DNA of 64,000 nt from Candidatus Dormiibacterota bacterium (GTDB lineage: Bacteria; Chloroflexota; Dormibacteria; Aeolococcales; Aeolococcaceae): positions 207,419 through 271,418 of the forward strand of contig CAWKKS010000001.1 in the NCBI GenBank assembly GCA_963850385.1. The letters are read 5' to 3'. This document shows, one piece after another, positions 26,176-36,085 of the stretch. The translations under genes were made by a program, and so were the position numbers. Within the stretch, counting starts at the first letter, position 1, and every line of letters begins with the position of its first letter. A model generated the notes under the pieces. That model saw only the letters and a list, made by a program, of their open reading frames with translations, was not told the origin of the DNA and did no database searches.

Positions 26176-26979
26176 TCAGGGCGACACCGGCCCGTGTTCC
26201 AGCATCACCTGAGTCTCCTTGACCTGGAAGCCCAGCGAACGGTAGAGCCCGATGGCGTGGTAGGCGGGGTCGGCCACGATGACCAGCCTCCGCGCACCGA
26301 GCTCGTCGAGGCCGTGCTTGCCGGCGTGGTACAGCAGTGAGCCGGCAAGGCCGCGCCGGCGGTGACCGGGATCGGTCTCGACCGACTGGTAGCGTGCGTT
26401 GCCGTCGCCGGTCGCGACCAGGCCAAGCTGGGCGGCGAGGCGCCCGCCGATGAAGGCGCCGAACCAGCCGCCATGTCCGGCCTCGACGACCTGGCGGCTG
26501 ACCGCGGCTCGGCTGGTATCGAGCTCGGCGTCCGGCGGCGCGGCCCTGGGAGCATCGGTCGAGCAGCGGGCCCGCAGGGCCAGGCTTGCAGCCCAGTCGG
26601 CGTCTGAGCGCAGCTCGCGATACACCGCATCGCGGTTGACGCGGGTGGGTGGGTTGAGCTGGTCAGCCGTCATCACCGCCAGCGCCTCGGCGACGAATCC
26701 CCGTTCAGTGAACCACCCCAGGTCGGCCACCGAGCCCTCGACGGCGTCGATGCCGAGGGCCACGTGGGTGGCCGACGGGAAGGTTGTGCCGAACCGCTCG
26801 AGCCATCCCGGCGACGACCGCTCGTCGGGAAGATCGCGGAGCAGGAGGAAGTTGCCCCACCAGTAGGTGGGCAGGTGCGGGCTGGTGACGACGATGTGGT
26901 CGTCGTGCTCGTCCAGCCGTGAGCCGCCGAGGCGGAGGATGGCAAGGTCGGTCTGGTAGGCCAGCGACGCCACCTTCAC
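26176..26979 (-). CDS. GNAT-family N-acetyltransferase (two-lobed)
   Basis: The C-terminal lobe has 'VETDPGHRRRGLAGSLLYHA' (acetyl-CoA loop) and 'GLYRSLGF'. The start is uncertain: GTG 26979 or 26973, with no clear SD. The ORF maximum 27162 would overlap the IMPase gene. Confidence 0.75.
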   Translation of the reverse strand: MKVASLAYQTDLAILRLGGSRLDEHDDHIVVTSPHLPTYWWGNFLLLRDLPDERSSPGWLERFGTTFPSATHVALGIDAVEGSVADLGWFTERGFVAEALAVMTADQLNPPTRVNRDAVYRELRSDADWAASLALRARCSTDAPRAAPPDAELDTSRAAVSRQVVEAGHGGWFGAFIGGRLAAQLGLVATGDGNARYQSVETDPGHRRRGLAGSLLYHAGKHGLDELGARRLVIVADPAYHAIGLYRSLGFQVKETQVMLEHGPVSP

Positions 26980-27116
26980 GGCCCTGGACTGTACGCCCGT
27001 CGGGGATCGGCCGCGAGCCCGGCTGGCTAGCCTTCCGCCCAACAGCAGGGGGCGAGGTGTGACGAGGTCTCCGACAGGCAGGTGCGGGCCGCATTCGGAA
27101 TCGATAGGCTCATCTG

Positions 27117-27905
27117 ATGCGCTCGCACCGTGAACTGGGAACGCTTGCGCTCGCGGCCGCACAGGCGGCGGGGGATGTGATCCGCGCCTCGCGCCGTGAC
27201 GCCGCCCCGCTCGAGGCGCAGCTCAAGGGGGCCGGTGACTACGTGACGGTCGTCGACCGGGCGGCGGAAGCCGCCGCTGTGGCCGTCCTCCACGAGGCGG
27301 AACCGGGCATCGACGTGCTCGCCGAGGAGCGGGGCGGAGCCGTGACCGAGCGGATGTGGGTGATCGACCCGCTCGACGGCACCACCAACTTCCTCCGCGG
27401 CTACCCCGAGGTCGGCGTCTCCATCGCCTTCGTCGAGGACGGTGTCCCGCGGGTGGGCGTGGTGACTGCCCCGCTGACGGGCGGCCACTGGTCGGCGCTG
27501 GCAGGCGAGGGGGCATACGATGCCGCCGGCCGCCGCCTGGACATCCGGTTCAGCGGCGCGGCGGGCGTGGTCGCCACCGGCTTCCCATTCCGACGGCCGG
27601 ACAACCGGGCGCGCTACCTCCCCGTGTTCACCGCGGCCATGGCGAGCTTCGAGGACCTGCGCCGCGCGGGTGCGGCCAGCCTCGACCTCGCGTACACGGC
27701 GTCGGGGGTGTGGAGCGGGTTCTTCGAGCTCGGGCTCGCCCTGTGGGACATCGCCGCGGGCGTCGTCCTGGTGCGGGAGGCCGGCGGCGTGGTCACCGAC
27801 TGGGCGGGTGACCATACCGCCGTCCTCGGGTCCGGCGACATACTCGCGGGCGCGCCCGAATGGCACGAGCGCATGCTCTCGATCACGCGGGCGTCGGCGA
27901 CGTAA
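27117..27905 (+). CDS. Inositol monophosphatase family protein
   Basis: 'EERG', 'WVIDPLDGTTNF', 'WDIAAGVVLVREAGG'. Confidence 0.9.
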   Translation: MRSHRELGTLALAAAQAAGDVIRASRRDAAPLEAQLKGAGDYVTVVDRAAEAAAVAVLHEAEPGIDVLAEERGGAVTERMWVIDPLDGTTNFLRGYPEVGVSIAFVEDGVPRVGVVTAPLTGGHWSALAGEGAYDAAGRRLDIRFSGAAGVVATGFPFRRPDNRARYLPVFTAAMASFEDLRRAGAASLDLAYTASGVWSGFFELGLALWDIAAGVVLVREAGGVVTDWAGDHTAVLGSGDILAGAPEWHERMLSITRASAT

Positions 27906-27937
27906 CCTGCGATCCGGTGGCGGACTCTGAGGGAAGG

Positions 27938-28783
27938 ATGGTGAGCAGAGACGGCGACGCCGTGACGTCGCGCGCGGCGGGCGTGCTCGCCGGACGGCGC
28001 ATCCTGGTCACCGGCGTGCTCACCCCCAGGAGCATCGCCTTCGCGATCGCGCAGGCGTGCCATTCGCAGGGGGCCGAGGTGGTGCTGACCTCCTTCGGTC
28101 GTGCCATGAGCCTGACCGAGCGCAGTGCCAAACGCCTCGAGCCGCAGCCCGCGGTGCTCGAGATGGACGTCACCGACGTCGAACAGGTGCGTGGCGTGGC
28201 CGCCGCGGTCCGCGAGCGCTGGGGCTCTCTCGATGGGGTGGTGCACGCCATCGGCTTCGCGCCCGAGGACTGCCTTGGCGGTCACTTTCTCGACACGCCC
28301 TGGACCTCGGTGGCGACGGCTCTGGAGGTGAGCAGCTTCTCGCTGAAGACGCTGGCCGCGGAGTTCGTGCCATTGATGCCCGCAACCGGGGGGGCGCTGG
28401 TGGCCCTCACCTTCGACGGCACCCTGGCGTGGCCGTTGTACGACTGGATGGGGCCTGCCAAGGCCGCCCTCGAGGCGATCGCCCGCTACCTGGCGCGCGA
28501 CCTGGGCCCGCGCCACGTGCGCGTCAACACCATCAGCGCGGGCCCGCTGGAGACCATCGCGGCGAAGTCCATCCCGGGCTTCGCCACGCTGAAGGATGCC
28601 TGGGCCGGCCAGGCCCCGCTAGGATGGGACGCAACCGACGCCGGTCCTGTCGCCGACACCGCGGTGTTCCTCCTGAGCGACATGGCCCGCGGGATCAGCG
28701 GCGAGGTGATCCACGTCGACGGCGGTTATCACTCGCAGGGTGCGCCCCTGCTCACGTCCGCCGAGGACACGGGAGACCAATGA
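27938..28783 (+). CDS. fabI: Enoyl-[acyl-carrier-protein] reductase (NADH), FabI/InhA type
   Basis: 'GRRILVTGV...SIAFAIA', 'YDWMGPAKAALEA' (Tyr-x6-Lys), 'ISGEVIHVDGGYH'. ATG 27938 follows GAGGGAAGG. Confidence 0.9.
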   Translation: MVSRDGDAVTSRAAGVLAGRRILVTGVLTPRSIAFAIAQACHSQGAEVVLTSFGRAMSLTERSAKRLEPQPAVLEMDVTDVEQVRGVAAAVRERWGSLDGVVHAIGFAPEDCLGGHFLDTPWTSVATALEVSSFSLKTLAAEFVPLMPATGGALVALTFDGTLAWPLYDWMGPAKAALEAIARYLARDLGPRHVRVNTISAGPLETIAAKSIPGFATLKDAWAGQAPLGWDATDAGPVADTAVFLLSDMARGISGEVIHVDGGYHSQGAPLLTSAEDTGDQ

Positions 28784-30042
28784 GCGGCAGCAACGGCAAC
28801 GGCAACGGACGGACCAGGGTGGTCATCACGGGCATGGGCGCCCTCAGCCCGCTGGGCAACGACGTGGCCTCGACCTGGGAGGCGTGCCGGTCGGGCACCA
28901 GTGGCGTGGGCGCCATCACCCAGTTCGACGCATCGGCGCTGCCCACGCGCATCGCTGCCGAGGTGAAGGGCTTCGACGCGGCCGCCCATCTCGGCGTCAA
29001 GGAGGCGCGGCGCAGCAGCCGCTGCATGCAGCTGGCTCTGGTCGCGGCACGCGAGGCCGTGAGCGACTCCGGGGTCGACATCGCCGCGGTCGGTGAGGAC
29101 GCCGGCGTGCTGGTGGCGTCAGGCGTCGGTGGTCTGGAGATCCTCGAGCGCGCCACCCTCATCCTGCACCAGCAGGGGGTGCGGCGGGTGTCGCCGTTCA
29201 CGGTCCCCTCGATGATCGCCGACATGCCGGCCGGGGTGATCGCCATCGAGCACGGCGCCAAGGGGCCGAACTTCGCGGTGGTCAGCGCCTGTGCATCAGC
29301 GGCGCACGCCATCGGTGAGGCGGCAGAGTGGATCCGCCGCGGCGACGCCACCACCGTGATCGCCGGGGGGACGGAGGCGTCGGTGTGCGCGCTCGGAGTT
29401 GGATCGTTCAACGCCATGCAGGCGCTCTCGACGCGCAATGACGAGCCCCAGCGCGCCTCGCGCCCGTTCGACCGCGACCGCGACGGCTTCGTCATGGGCG
29501 AGGGTGCCGCGATGGTGGTGCTCGAGGAGTTGGAATCCGCCCGCCGCCGCGGGGCGCACATCTACGCCGAGGTGAGCGGCTACGGTGCCACCGCCGACGC
29601 GTCGCACATCACCGCGCCCGAGCCCAACGGTGACGGTGCGCGCCGTTCAGTGCTGCGCGCCCTCGAGCGCGCCCACGCCCACCCCGCCGACGTCGGCTAC
29701 ATCAACGCCCACGGCACCGGTACGCAGCTCAACGACTCGGCTGAGACCAAGGCGATCAAGGCAGCGCTGGGCGAGGTCGCCGCCACCATCCCGATGTCCT
29801 CGACCAAGTCGATGCACGGCCATCTCCTCGGTGCCGCCGGTGCCCTGGAGGCGGTGATCGCGGTGATGGCGATCCGTGACCAGTACGTGCCTCCCACCAT
29901 CAACCTCGATGAGCCCGACCCCGAATGCGACCTGGACTATGTGCCCAACGTCGGCCGCAACCGGCGTATCGACCTGGCGATCAGCACGTCGTTCGGCTTC
30001 GGCGGCCACAACGCCTGCCTGGCCTTCTCCCGGGTCGACTGA
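28780..30042 (+). CDS. fabF: Beta-ketoacyl-ACP synthase II
   Basis: 'VVITGMGALSPLG', active-site 'VSACASAAHAIG', 'NAHGTGT', 'SFGFGGHNA'. ATG 28780 overlaps the fabI stop (ATGA). The 241 upstream codons of ORF 28057..30042 are an artefact. Confidence 0.95.
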   Translation: MSGSNGNGNGRTRVVITGMGALSPLGNDVASTWEACRSGTSGVGAITQFDASALPTRIAAEVKGFDAAAHLGVKEARRSSRCMQLALVAAREAVSDSGVDIAAVGEDAGVLVASGVGGLEILERATLILHQQGVRRVSPFTVPSMIADMPAGVIAIEHGAKGPNFAVVSACASAAHAIGEAAEWIRRGDATTVIAGGTEASVCALGVGSFNAMQALSTRNDEPQRASRPFDRDRDGFVMGEGAAMVVLEELESARRRGAHIYAEVSGYGATADASHITAPEPNGDGARRSVLRALERAHAHPADVGYINAHGTGTQLNDSAETKAIKAALGEVAATIPMSSTKSMHGHLLGAAGALEAVIAVMAIRDQYVPPTINLDEPDPECDLDYVPNVGRNRRIDLAISTSFGFGGHNACLAFSRVD

Positions 30043-30058
30043 GCGCGGAGCGGTTCGC

Positions 30059-31555
30059 TCAGCGTCCCTCTGACAGACGGGCCATCCAGGCCTCCACCTC
30101 GGCCGGGTCGCGCGGCAGGGCCTCGGACAGGTTGCGATGGCCGTCCTCGGTCACCAGCACGTCGTCCTCGATGCGCACCCCGATGCCGCGGTAGCGCTCG
30201 GGGACGGTCAGGTCGTCCGGCTGGAAGTACAGACCGGGCTCGATGGTCAGCACGTACCCGGGCTTCAACTCCCCGTGGTACTCCTCGTCGCGGGCGTTGT
30301 TGCAATCGTGCACATCGAGGCCGAGCATGTGGCTGGTGCCGTGGATCGTCCACCGGCGATGCAGCTGCCGGTCACGGCGGACGGCCACCTCGGGTTCCAC
30401 GGTGAGGATGCCGAGGCGGTGGAGGGCCTCGGCGAGCACGCGCATGGCTGCGCGGTGCGGCTCCATGAACGGCACCCCCGGGCGCACCGCCGCCAGCGCG
30501 GCCTGGTGGGCGTCGAGCACGATCTGGTAGATCTCGCGCTGCTCGGCGGTGAACCTGCCCGACACCGGGATGGTCCGCGTGACGTCGGCTGTGTACAGCT
30601 CGCGGCACTCGACGCCGGCGTCGACGAGGAGCAGGTCGCCGTAGTTGACATCGCCGTCGTTGCGCGCCCAGTGGAGCACCGTGGCGTGCGCCCCCGACGC
30701 GGCGATGGTGCTGTACCCGGTGTCGTTCCCCTCCAGACGGGCCCGCGCGTTGAACACGCCCTCCACCACGCGCTCACCGGACTCCATGGCGTCCGGCAGC
30801 GCCCTGACCACGTCCTCGAAGCCGCGGATGGTCGAGTCGACGGCCTGCTGCAACATGGCCACCTCGAACTCGTCCTTGACCAGACGCATCTCCGACAGCG
30901 TGGTGAGCAGCTCGTCATCCGCCTCGCTCTCCGGCAGCAGGGCGTCGACACGCGGGTCCATCCCGCGCAGGCTGACCGCTGGACCGGCGAGGCCGTCGAG
31001 CCGTGCGCGCAGGTCGGCCAGTGGGGCCGTGGCGACGCCGAGATGGTCGCCGAGGTCGCGCAGGCTCATGCGCGGCCCGATCCAGAATTCGCCCTGGCGC
31101 GCGTCGGTGAAGAATTCATGGCTCGACCGGTCGTTGGGCGGCTCCACGTACAACGTCGCCCGGTGGCCGTCGCCGTCGGGTTCCATCACCAGCACGGAGT
31201 CGGGCTCAGCCTCCCCGGTCAGCCAGAAGTAGTCCGTGCCCGGACGGAAGCGGTAGTCGGTGTCGCTGGAGCGCACCTTGAGCCCTCCGGTCGCCACCAC
31301 CACCGTCCGCCCCGCGAACCGCTCGGACAGGGCGCGTCGCCGCGCACCGAAGTTGGCCGCGGCAGGGTGGGGCTGCACGGTCGGTGCGGCGCGCTCCGCC
31401 CACCCCTTCGCCATCAGCTCCATCAGCGCCCGGGGCATCGGCGGCCGGTGACGCCCGACCCAGATCCAAGTGTCGCTCTCAGGATGATCCTCGGAGACGT
31501 CGGGCGGGGTCGACGGTTCGGCGGGCACCACCTCGTCTGCGCTCATGGACGGCAC
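30059..31555 (-). CDS. pepP: Xaa-Pro aminopeptidase (M24B, aminopeptidase P)
   Basis: 'LLVDAGVE..YTADVTRT', 'HGTSHMLGLDVHD', 'LTIEPGLYF', 'GIGVRIEDD'. The start is GTG 31555 or ATG 31546. Confidence 0.92.
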   Translation of the reverse strand: MPSMSADEVVPAEPSTPPDVSEDHPESDTWIWVGRHRPPMPRALMELMAKGWAERAAPTVQPHPAAANFGARRRALSERFAGRTVVVATGGLKVRSSDTDYRFRPGTDYFWLTGEAEPDSVLVMEPDGDGHRATLYVEPPNDRSSHEFFTDARQGEFWIGPRMSLRDLGDHLGVATAPLADLRARLDGLAGPAVSLRGMDPRVDALLPESEADDELLTTLSEMRLVKDEFEVAMLQQAVDSTIRGFEDVVRALPDAMESGERVVEGVFNARARLEGNDTGYSTIAASGAHATVLHWARNDGDVNYGDLLLVDAGVECRELYTADVTRTIPVSGRFTAEQREIYQIVLDAHQAALAAVRPGVPFMEPHRAAMRVLAEALHRLGILTVEPEVAVRRDRQLHRRWTIHGTSHMLGLDVHDCNNARDEEYHGELKPGYVLTIEPGLYFQPDDLTVPERYRGIGVRIEDDVLVTEDGHRNLSEALPRDPAEVEAWMARLSEGR

Positions 31556-31596
31556 TCTACCGACCTGCCTGTCACCGGTGACCTAGCATCGAACTC

Positions 31597-32133
31597 GTGG
31601 ACGACACGGCGGTGCGCGCCATCCGCGCCGACATCACCACCGTCGCGGCTGACGCGGTGGTCAACGCGGCCAACCAGCACCTCGCCGGTGGTGGCGGCGT
31701 CGACGGCGCCATCCACCGCGCCGGGGGACCGTCGATCATGACCGAGCTGCGCGAGCGCTACCGGGGCTGTCCAACTGGCGACGCGGTGGTGACCGGTGCG
31801 GGCAGGCTCGCCGCCCAGCACGTCATCCACGCTGTCGGGCCGCGCTGGCGGGATGGCGAGAACGGTGAGCCTGAGAAGCTTCGCTCCGCCTATCGTCGCG
31901 CCTTCGCGCTGGCCGCTGAACATGGCTGCGTCACCGTCGTCAGCCCGTCGATCAGCACCGGCATCTACGGCTTTCCCGTGGAGAGGGCTGCGCCGATCGC
32001 TGTCGCGGAGGCGCGCCGTGCCGTGTCCGACGCCGCCACAACCGTGCGGCAGGTCACCTTCGCGCTGTTCAGCGATGGGGACCTCGACGCCTTCAAGCGG
32101 GCGCTGCGGGCGGCAACGCCGCCAGCCAGCTGA
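31597..32133 (+). CDS. Macro-domain protein (O-acetyl-ADP-ribose deacetylase, YmdB-like)
   Basis: 'AVVNAANQHLAGGGGVDGAIH', 'VIHAVGP', 'SISTGIYGFP'. Confidence 0.9.
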   Translation: MDDTAVRAIRADITTVAADAVVNAANQHLAGGGGVDGAIHRAGGPSIMTELRERYRGCPTGDAVVTGAGRLAAQHVIHAVGPRWRDGENGEPEKLRSAYRRAFALAAEHGCVTVVSPSISTGIYGFPVERAAPIAVAEARRAVSDAATTVRQVTFALFSDGDLDAFKRALRAATPPAS

Positions 32134-32986
32134 CGGTCGCCACCGCCAATATGACCGCCAGCGCGGGGAAGGTGGCCCGCGACGCGCTGCGCTGAATGGC
32201 GGCGAGCAGCGCACCGGCGGCGAGCAGCCCGGCCGCCACCAGGGCGCCGGCACCCTGGCCGAGGGCAGCCTGCAGGGCCGCGGTGTACGCCGACGCGACG
32301 CCCAACCCCAGCGCCATCAGCGCACGGGAACCGCGTGGTCCGAGGACGACAGGCAGGGTGCGGGCTCCGCCGCGGAGGTCCCCCTCCACGTCCGGGAGGC
32401 CGTTGGCGACCTGGAGAGCGACGGCCATCAGGCCGGCCAGCGGGATCACTGCCAGCGCGCCGTGGAGCCTTCCCGTCGCCAACATGGCCACCAGCGGTAC
32501 GGCCACGAAGCCGCCCCACCAAGCGAGAGCAGCGGCCGGCGTGCGCTTCAGCGCCAGGTCATAGCTCACCCCGGCACCCACCACGAGCAGATCGGCGCCC
32601 AAGAGAGCCACTCCCATCGATGCCGCGGCTGCCAGAGAAGTGACCAAACCGCCAATCGCCAGCGCCAGGGCGGCGGCGCGTGGCACCACCCCCCGCGGGA
32701 TCGGTTTGTAGGGCTTGGCTGCAGCGTCCATGGCCACGTCCGCCCAGTCGTTGAGGGCGCCGATCGCCAGTTGCGCGGGCAACATCAGCAGGACCAGGCC
32801 GACGACAGTGCGCGGCGGCGGCGCCTGCCTGGCCAGCAGCGCGGCTGCGGCCACGACGAGCGCCGTCACCAGCAGCGACGGTCCCGGATGTGTCAGGTAC
32901 AGCCATGCTTTGACGCGGCCGCCGTCACCGCTGCGTTCGTCGATGACGCGCCACCAGTTACGATGCGGCCGGTCAAGTTGGGGCAT
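32093..32986 (-). CDS. UbiA-family polyprenyltransferase
   Basis: 'NDWADVAMD' is the NDxxDxxxD motif, 'GLPDVEGD' is a second Asp-rich motif, and there are 8-9 TM spans. I set the start at ATG 32986 (GGAAGGGGAG upstream) within ORF 32093..33460. Confidence 0.85.
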   Translation of the reverse strand: MPQLDRPHRNWWRVIDERSGDGGRVKAWLYLTHPGPSLLVTALVVAAAALLARQAPPPRTVVGLVLLMLPAQLAIGALNDWADVAMDAAAKPYKPIPRGVVPRAAALALAIGGLVTSLAAAASMGVALLGADLLVVGAGVSYDLALKRTPAAALAWWGGFVAVPLVAMLATGRLHGALAVIPLAGLMAVALQVANGLPDVEGDLRGGARTLPVVLGPRGSRALMALGLGVASAYTAALQAALGQGAGALVAAGLLAAGALLAAIQRSASRATFPALAVILAVATVSWLAALPPAAPA

Positions 32987-33017
32987 CTCCCCTTCCCACG
33001 TGAGGCTGCTGTCGCCG

Positions 33018-34277
33018 ATGTCCACCAACACCTCGTCTTCTCTGCGAGCGCCCGCGACGGTCGGCGAGCCTGTCAGGGAGGCCGTCTTCGACCACGACGT
33101 GGTCGTCGTGGGAGGCTGCGGCCACGTCGGCCTGCCACTGGGCATCGCGCTCGGCCAGTGCGGCATGCGCGTCGCGCTGTTCGATACCAACCAGGCGGCC
33201 GTCGACGTGGTCAACGCGGGTCGCCTGCCGTTCGACGAGGACGGTGCCGAGGCGCCGCTGGCCGAGCTGCGCGCGGGCTCGACGCTGTCGGCCACCACCG
33301 ACGCCTCCGTCATCGCCAACGCGGAGTTCGTGGTCGTGGTGATCGGCACCCCCGTGGACGAGCACCTGAACCCCAACCCCAACGCGGTGGTCCGGGCCAT
33401 CGCGCAGTTCGCCGAGCACCTTGGCCGCGGTGGGCAGGTGATCGTGCTGCGCAGCACCATCTACCCCGGGGTCACCGCTCTTGTCGAGAGATATCTTGCC
33501 GATCGAGGGCTGAACAACCTGGTGTGCTTCTGCCCCGAGCGCATCGCGCAGGGCAAGTCGATGACCGAGCTCCACGAGCTGCCCCAGATCATCGCCGCGC
33601 GCACGCCGGAAGGACTCGCCGCCGCCCGCCGGCTGTTTTCCCGCCTCTCCCCACAGCTCATCGAGCTGGAACCTGAGGAGGCGGAGCTCGCCAAGCTGTT
33701 CACCAACACGTGGCGCTACATACGCTTCGCGGCGGCCAACCAGCTGTTCATGATGGCCAATGACTTCGGGCTCGACTTCGAGCGGATCCGCCACGCGCTC
33801 ATGGTCGACTACCCGCGCGCGGCCGACATGCCCGGGCCGGGATTCGCGGCGGGCCCCTGTCTGTTCAAGGACACGATGCAGCTGGCCGCGTTCAACAACA
33901 ACCAGTTCACCCTCGGTCATACCAGCATGATGATCAACGAGGGAATGCCGCTGTATGTGGTGGCAAGGCTGGAGCGGCGCTTCGACCTGGCCTCGATGTC
34001 CATTGGCATCCTCGGCATGGCGTTCAAGGGCGAGTCCGATGACATCCGCTCGTCGCTCGCCTACAAGCTGAAGCGCATCCTTGCCTTCAAAGCCAAGCGG
34101 GTGATGTGCGCGGATCCGTACGTGAGCGTCGACCCCGACCTGGTCGGGCAGGACGAGGTGTTGCGATCCGCAGACCTGGTCATCATCGGGGCGCCCCACC
34201 GGCGCTATGCGGACCTCGCGATCACCCAGCCGGTCATCGACGTCTTCAACGTGCGCAGGAGTGGCGTGGTCATATGA
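33018..34277 (+). CDS. Nucleotide-sugar dehydrogenase (UDP-glucose/GDP-mannose dehydrogenase family)
   Basis: Rossmann fold 'VVVVGGCGHVGLPLG', then 'IGTPVDE', 'AELAKLFTNTWR', 'GFAAGPCLFKD', 'LGMAFKGESDDIR'. ATG 33018 lies within ORF 32715..34277. Confidence 0.9.
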   Translation: MSTNTSSSLRAPATVGEPVREAVFDHDVVVVGGCGHVGLPLGIALGQCGMRVALFDTNQAAVDVVNAGRLPFDEDGAEAPLAELRAGSTLSATTDASVIANAEFVVVVIGTPVDEHLNPNPNAVVRAIAQFAEHLGRGGQVIVLRSTIYPGVTALVERYLADRGLNNLVCFCPERIAQGKSMTELHELPQIIAARTPEGLAAARRLFSRLSPQLIELEPEEAELAKLFTNTWRYIRFAAANQLFMMANDFGLDFERIRHALMVDYPRAADMPGPGFAAGPCLFKDTMQLAAFNNNQFTLGHTSMMINEGMPLYVVARLERRFDLASMSIGILGMAFKGESDDIRSSLAYKLKRILAFKAKRVMCADPYVSVDPDLVGQDEVLRSADLVIIGAPHRRYADLAITQPVIDVFNVRRSGVVI

Positions 34278-35050
34278 GGCCGCGGGTCTCCGTGGTGATC
34301 CCCGCCTACAACGAGGGTGAGGAGATCAACGACTGCCTCGACCGCATCCTCGAGGCCGTCAAGCTTCCGTGCGAGGTCCTGGTGGTCTACGACACTCCCG
34401 ACGACACCACCGCTCCCCACGTGCGTGAGTACGCGCGCCGTGACCACCGGGTGCGACCACTGCTCAACACCGAGGGCAGGGGACCGGCGTCAGCACTCCG
34501 CTTCGGCATCCGCCATGTCACTGCAGACGTGACCGTGGTGACCATGGCGGACGGTTCTGACGATCCCATGCAGATCGACCAGCTCACCCGGCTCGTCGAA
34601 CGCGGGGTCGTGGTCGCGGCCGCGTCACGCTACATGCGCGGCGGCCAGCAGGTCGGCGGGCCGCGGCTCAAGGGCTTGATCTCGCGCGTCGCCGGCCTGT
34701 CGCTGCACCTCATCGCCCGGGTGGGCACCCACGACCCCACCAACTCGTTCAAGGCCTATTCGACCGAGTTCATCCGTGAGGTGGGCATCGCCTCGGACGC
34801 CGGCTTCGAGCTCGGCATCGAGATGACCGCCAAGGCTCGCCGCCGCGGGCTGCCCATCGCCGAGATCCCCACCATCTGGCTGGACCGCAACATGGGACAG
34901 TCGAACTTCAAGGTCCGTGAATGGATCCCGCGCTACCTGCGCTGGTACCTGGCTGCGCTCGGACCGCACCGGGTGCCGATGCGCCCGGCCTATCGAGTGC
35001 CTCCCCACGCGTGGGAGACCGATCGAGACGACAAGACAGAGGTGACATGA
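34274..35050 (+). CDS. Family-2 glycosyltransferase (polyprenyl-phosphate sugar synthase-like)
   Basis: 'VSVVIPAYNEGE', 'VVYDTPDD', 'TMADGSDDP'. It has ATGA overlaps at both ends. Confidence 0.88.
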   Translation: MRPRVSVVIPAYNEGEEINDCLDRILEAVKLPCEVLVVYDTPDDTTAPHVREYARRDHRVRPLLNTEGRGPASALRFGIRHVTADVTVVTMADGSDDPMQIDQLTRLVERGVVVAAASRYMRGGQQVGGPRLKGLISRVAGLSLHLIARVGTHDPTNSFKAYSTEFIREVGIASDAGFELGIEMTAKARRRGLPIAEIPTIWLDRNMGQSNFKVREWIPRYLRWYLAALGPHRVPMRPAYRVPPHAWETDRDDKTEVT

Positions 35051-36072
35051 GCAAGGTATTGATCACCGGCTCGCAGGGGTTCATCGGCGGGTACATCGTC
35101 GAGGAGCTGTTGCGCGGCGGACACTCCGTGATCGGGGTCGACAACCTCTCCAAGTACGGGCGCGTGGCCAAGTCGTATGACGCCCACCCGTCCTACACGT
35201 TCGTGGAAGGCGACGCACGCGATGCCGCGCTGCTCACCTCCCTGCTGGTCGACTGCGATCACTTCATCGCCGGGGCGGCAATGATCGGCGGGATCTCGTA
35301 CTTCCACACCTACGCGTACGACCTCCTGGCCACCAATGAGCGCATCATGGCCGCCTCCTGCGATGCGGCCATCGCCGCCCGACGCGACGGCAGGCTGCAG
35401 AAGGTCACCTACATCAGCAGCTCGATGGTGTTCGAATCGGCGACGTCGTGGCCGTCGGCCGAGGGATCCGAGCGCCAGATCCCGCCGCCGCTCAGCTCCT
35501 ACGGCTTCCAGAAGCTTGCGGTCGAGTACTACGCACGCGCGGCGTGGGACCAGTACAAGGTTCCCTACACCATCGTGCGCCCGTTCAACTGCGTCGGCGT
35601 CGGCGAGGGACGAGCCCTCGGCGACGTCGAGATCCTCAGCGGGAACGTGAAGCTGGCCATGAGCCACGTCGTTCCCGACCTGGTGCAGAAGGTGCTCAAG
35701 GGGCAGGACCCGCTGCACATCCTCGGGACCGGCGAGCAGACCCGCCACTACACATACGGCGGCGACCTGGCCCGCGGCATCGTCATCGCCATGGACCATC
35801 CCGGTGCGCTCAACGAGGACTTCAACCTCTCAACCGCGCAGAGCACCACCGTGCTCGAGCTTGCCGAGAAGATCTGGCGGCGCATCCGCGGCGCCGGCGA
35901 GAGCTTTCGCTACGTGTCCGACACACCCTTCGAGCACGACGTACAGCGACGAATCCCCGACACCAGCAAGGCTGCCCGAGTGCTCGGGTTCACGGCAACC
36001 ACCTCGCTCGATGAGATGCTCGGCGAGGTGGTGCCATGGATCGAGAGCGCCATCAGCCAGGGCGTGATCTGA
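35047..36072 (+). CDS. NAD-dependent epimerase/dehydratase (extended SDR)
   Basis: 'VLITGSQGFIGGY', 'SSSMVF', 'YGFQK' (YxxxK), 'IVRPFN'. Confidence 0.9.
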   Translation: MSKVLITGSQGFIGGYIVEELLRGGHSVIGVDNLSKYGRVAKSYDAHPSYTFVEGDARDAALLTSLLVDCDHFIAGAAMIGGISYFHTYAYDLLATNERIMAASCDAAIAARRDGRLQKVTYISSSMVFESATSWPSAEGSERQIPPPLSSYGFQKLAVEYYARAAWDQYKVPYTIVRPFNCVGVGEGRALGDVEILSGNVKLAMSHVVPDLVQKVLKGQDPLHILGTGEQTRHYTYGGDLARGIVIAMDHPGALNEDFNLSTAQSTTVLELAEKIWRRIRGAGESFRYVSDTPFEHDVQRRIPDTSKAARVLGFTATTSLDEMLGEVVPWIESAISQGVI

Positions 36073-36085
36073 CCCTCAGCCGCCC

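Noticed and set aside
28791-28808. The short tandem DNA repeats (CAACGG)x3 here and (GCCGGC)x3-5 at 59619..59648 as possible repeat arrays.
   Set aside because: Both lie inside genes, coding for the GNGNGNG linker of FabF and an Ala/Gly loop of CcdA. They have no spacers and are far too short to be CRISPR or other arrays.
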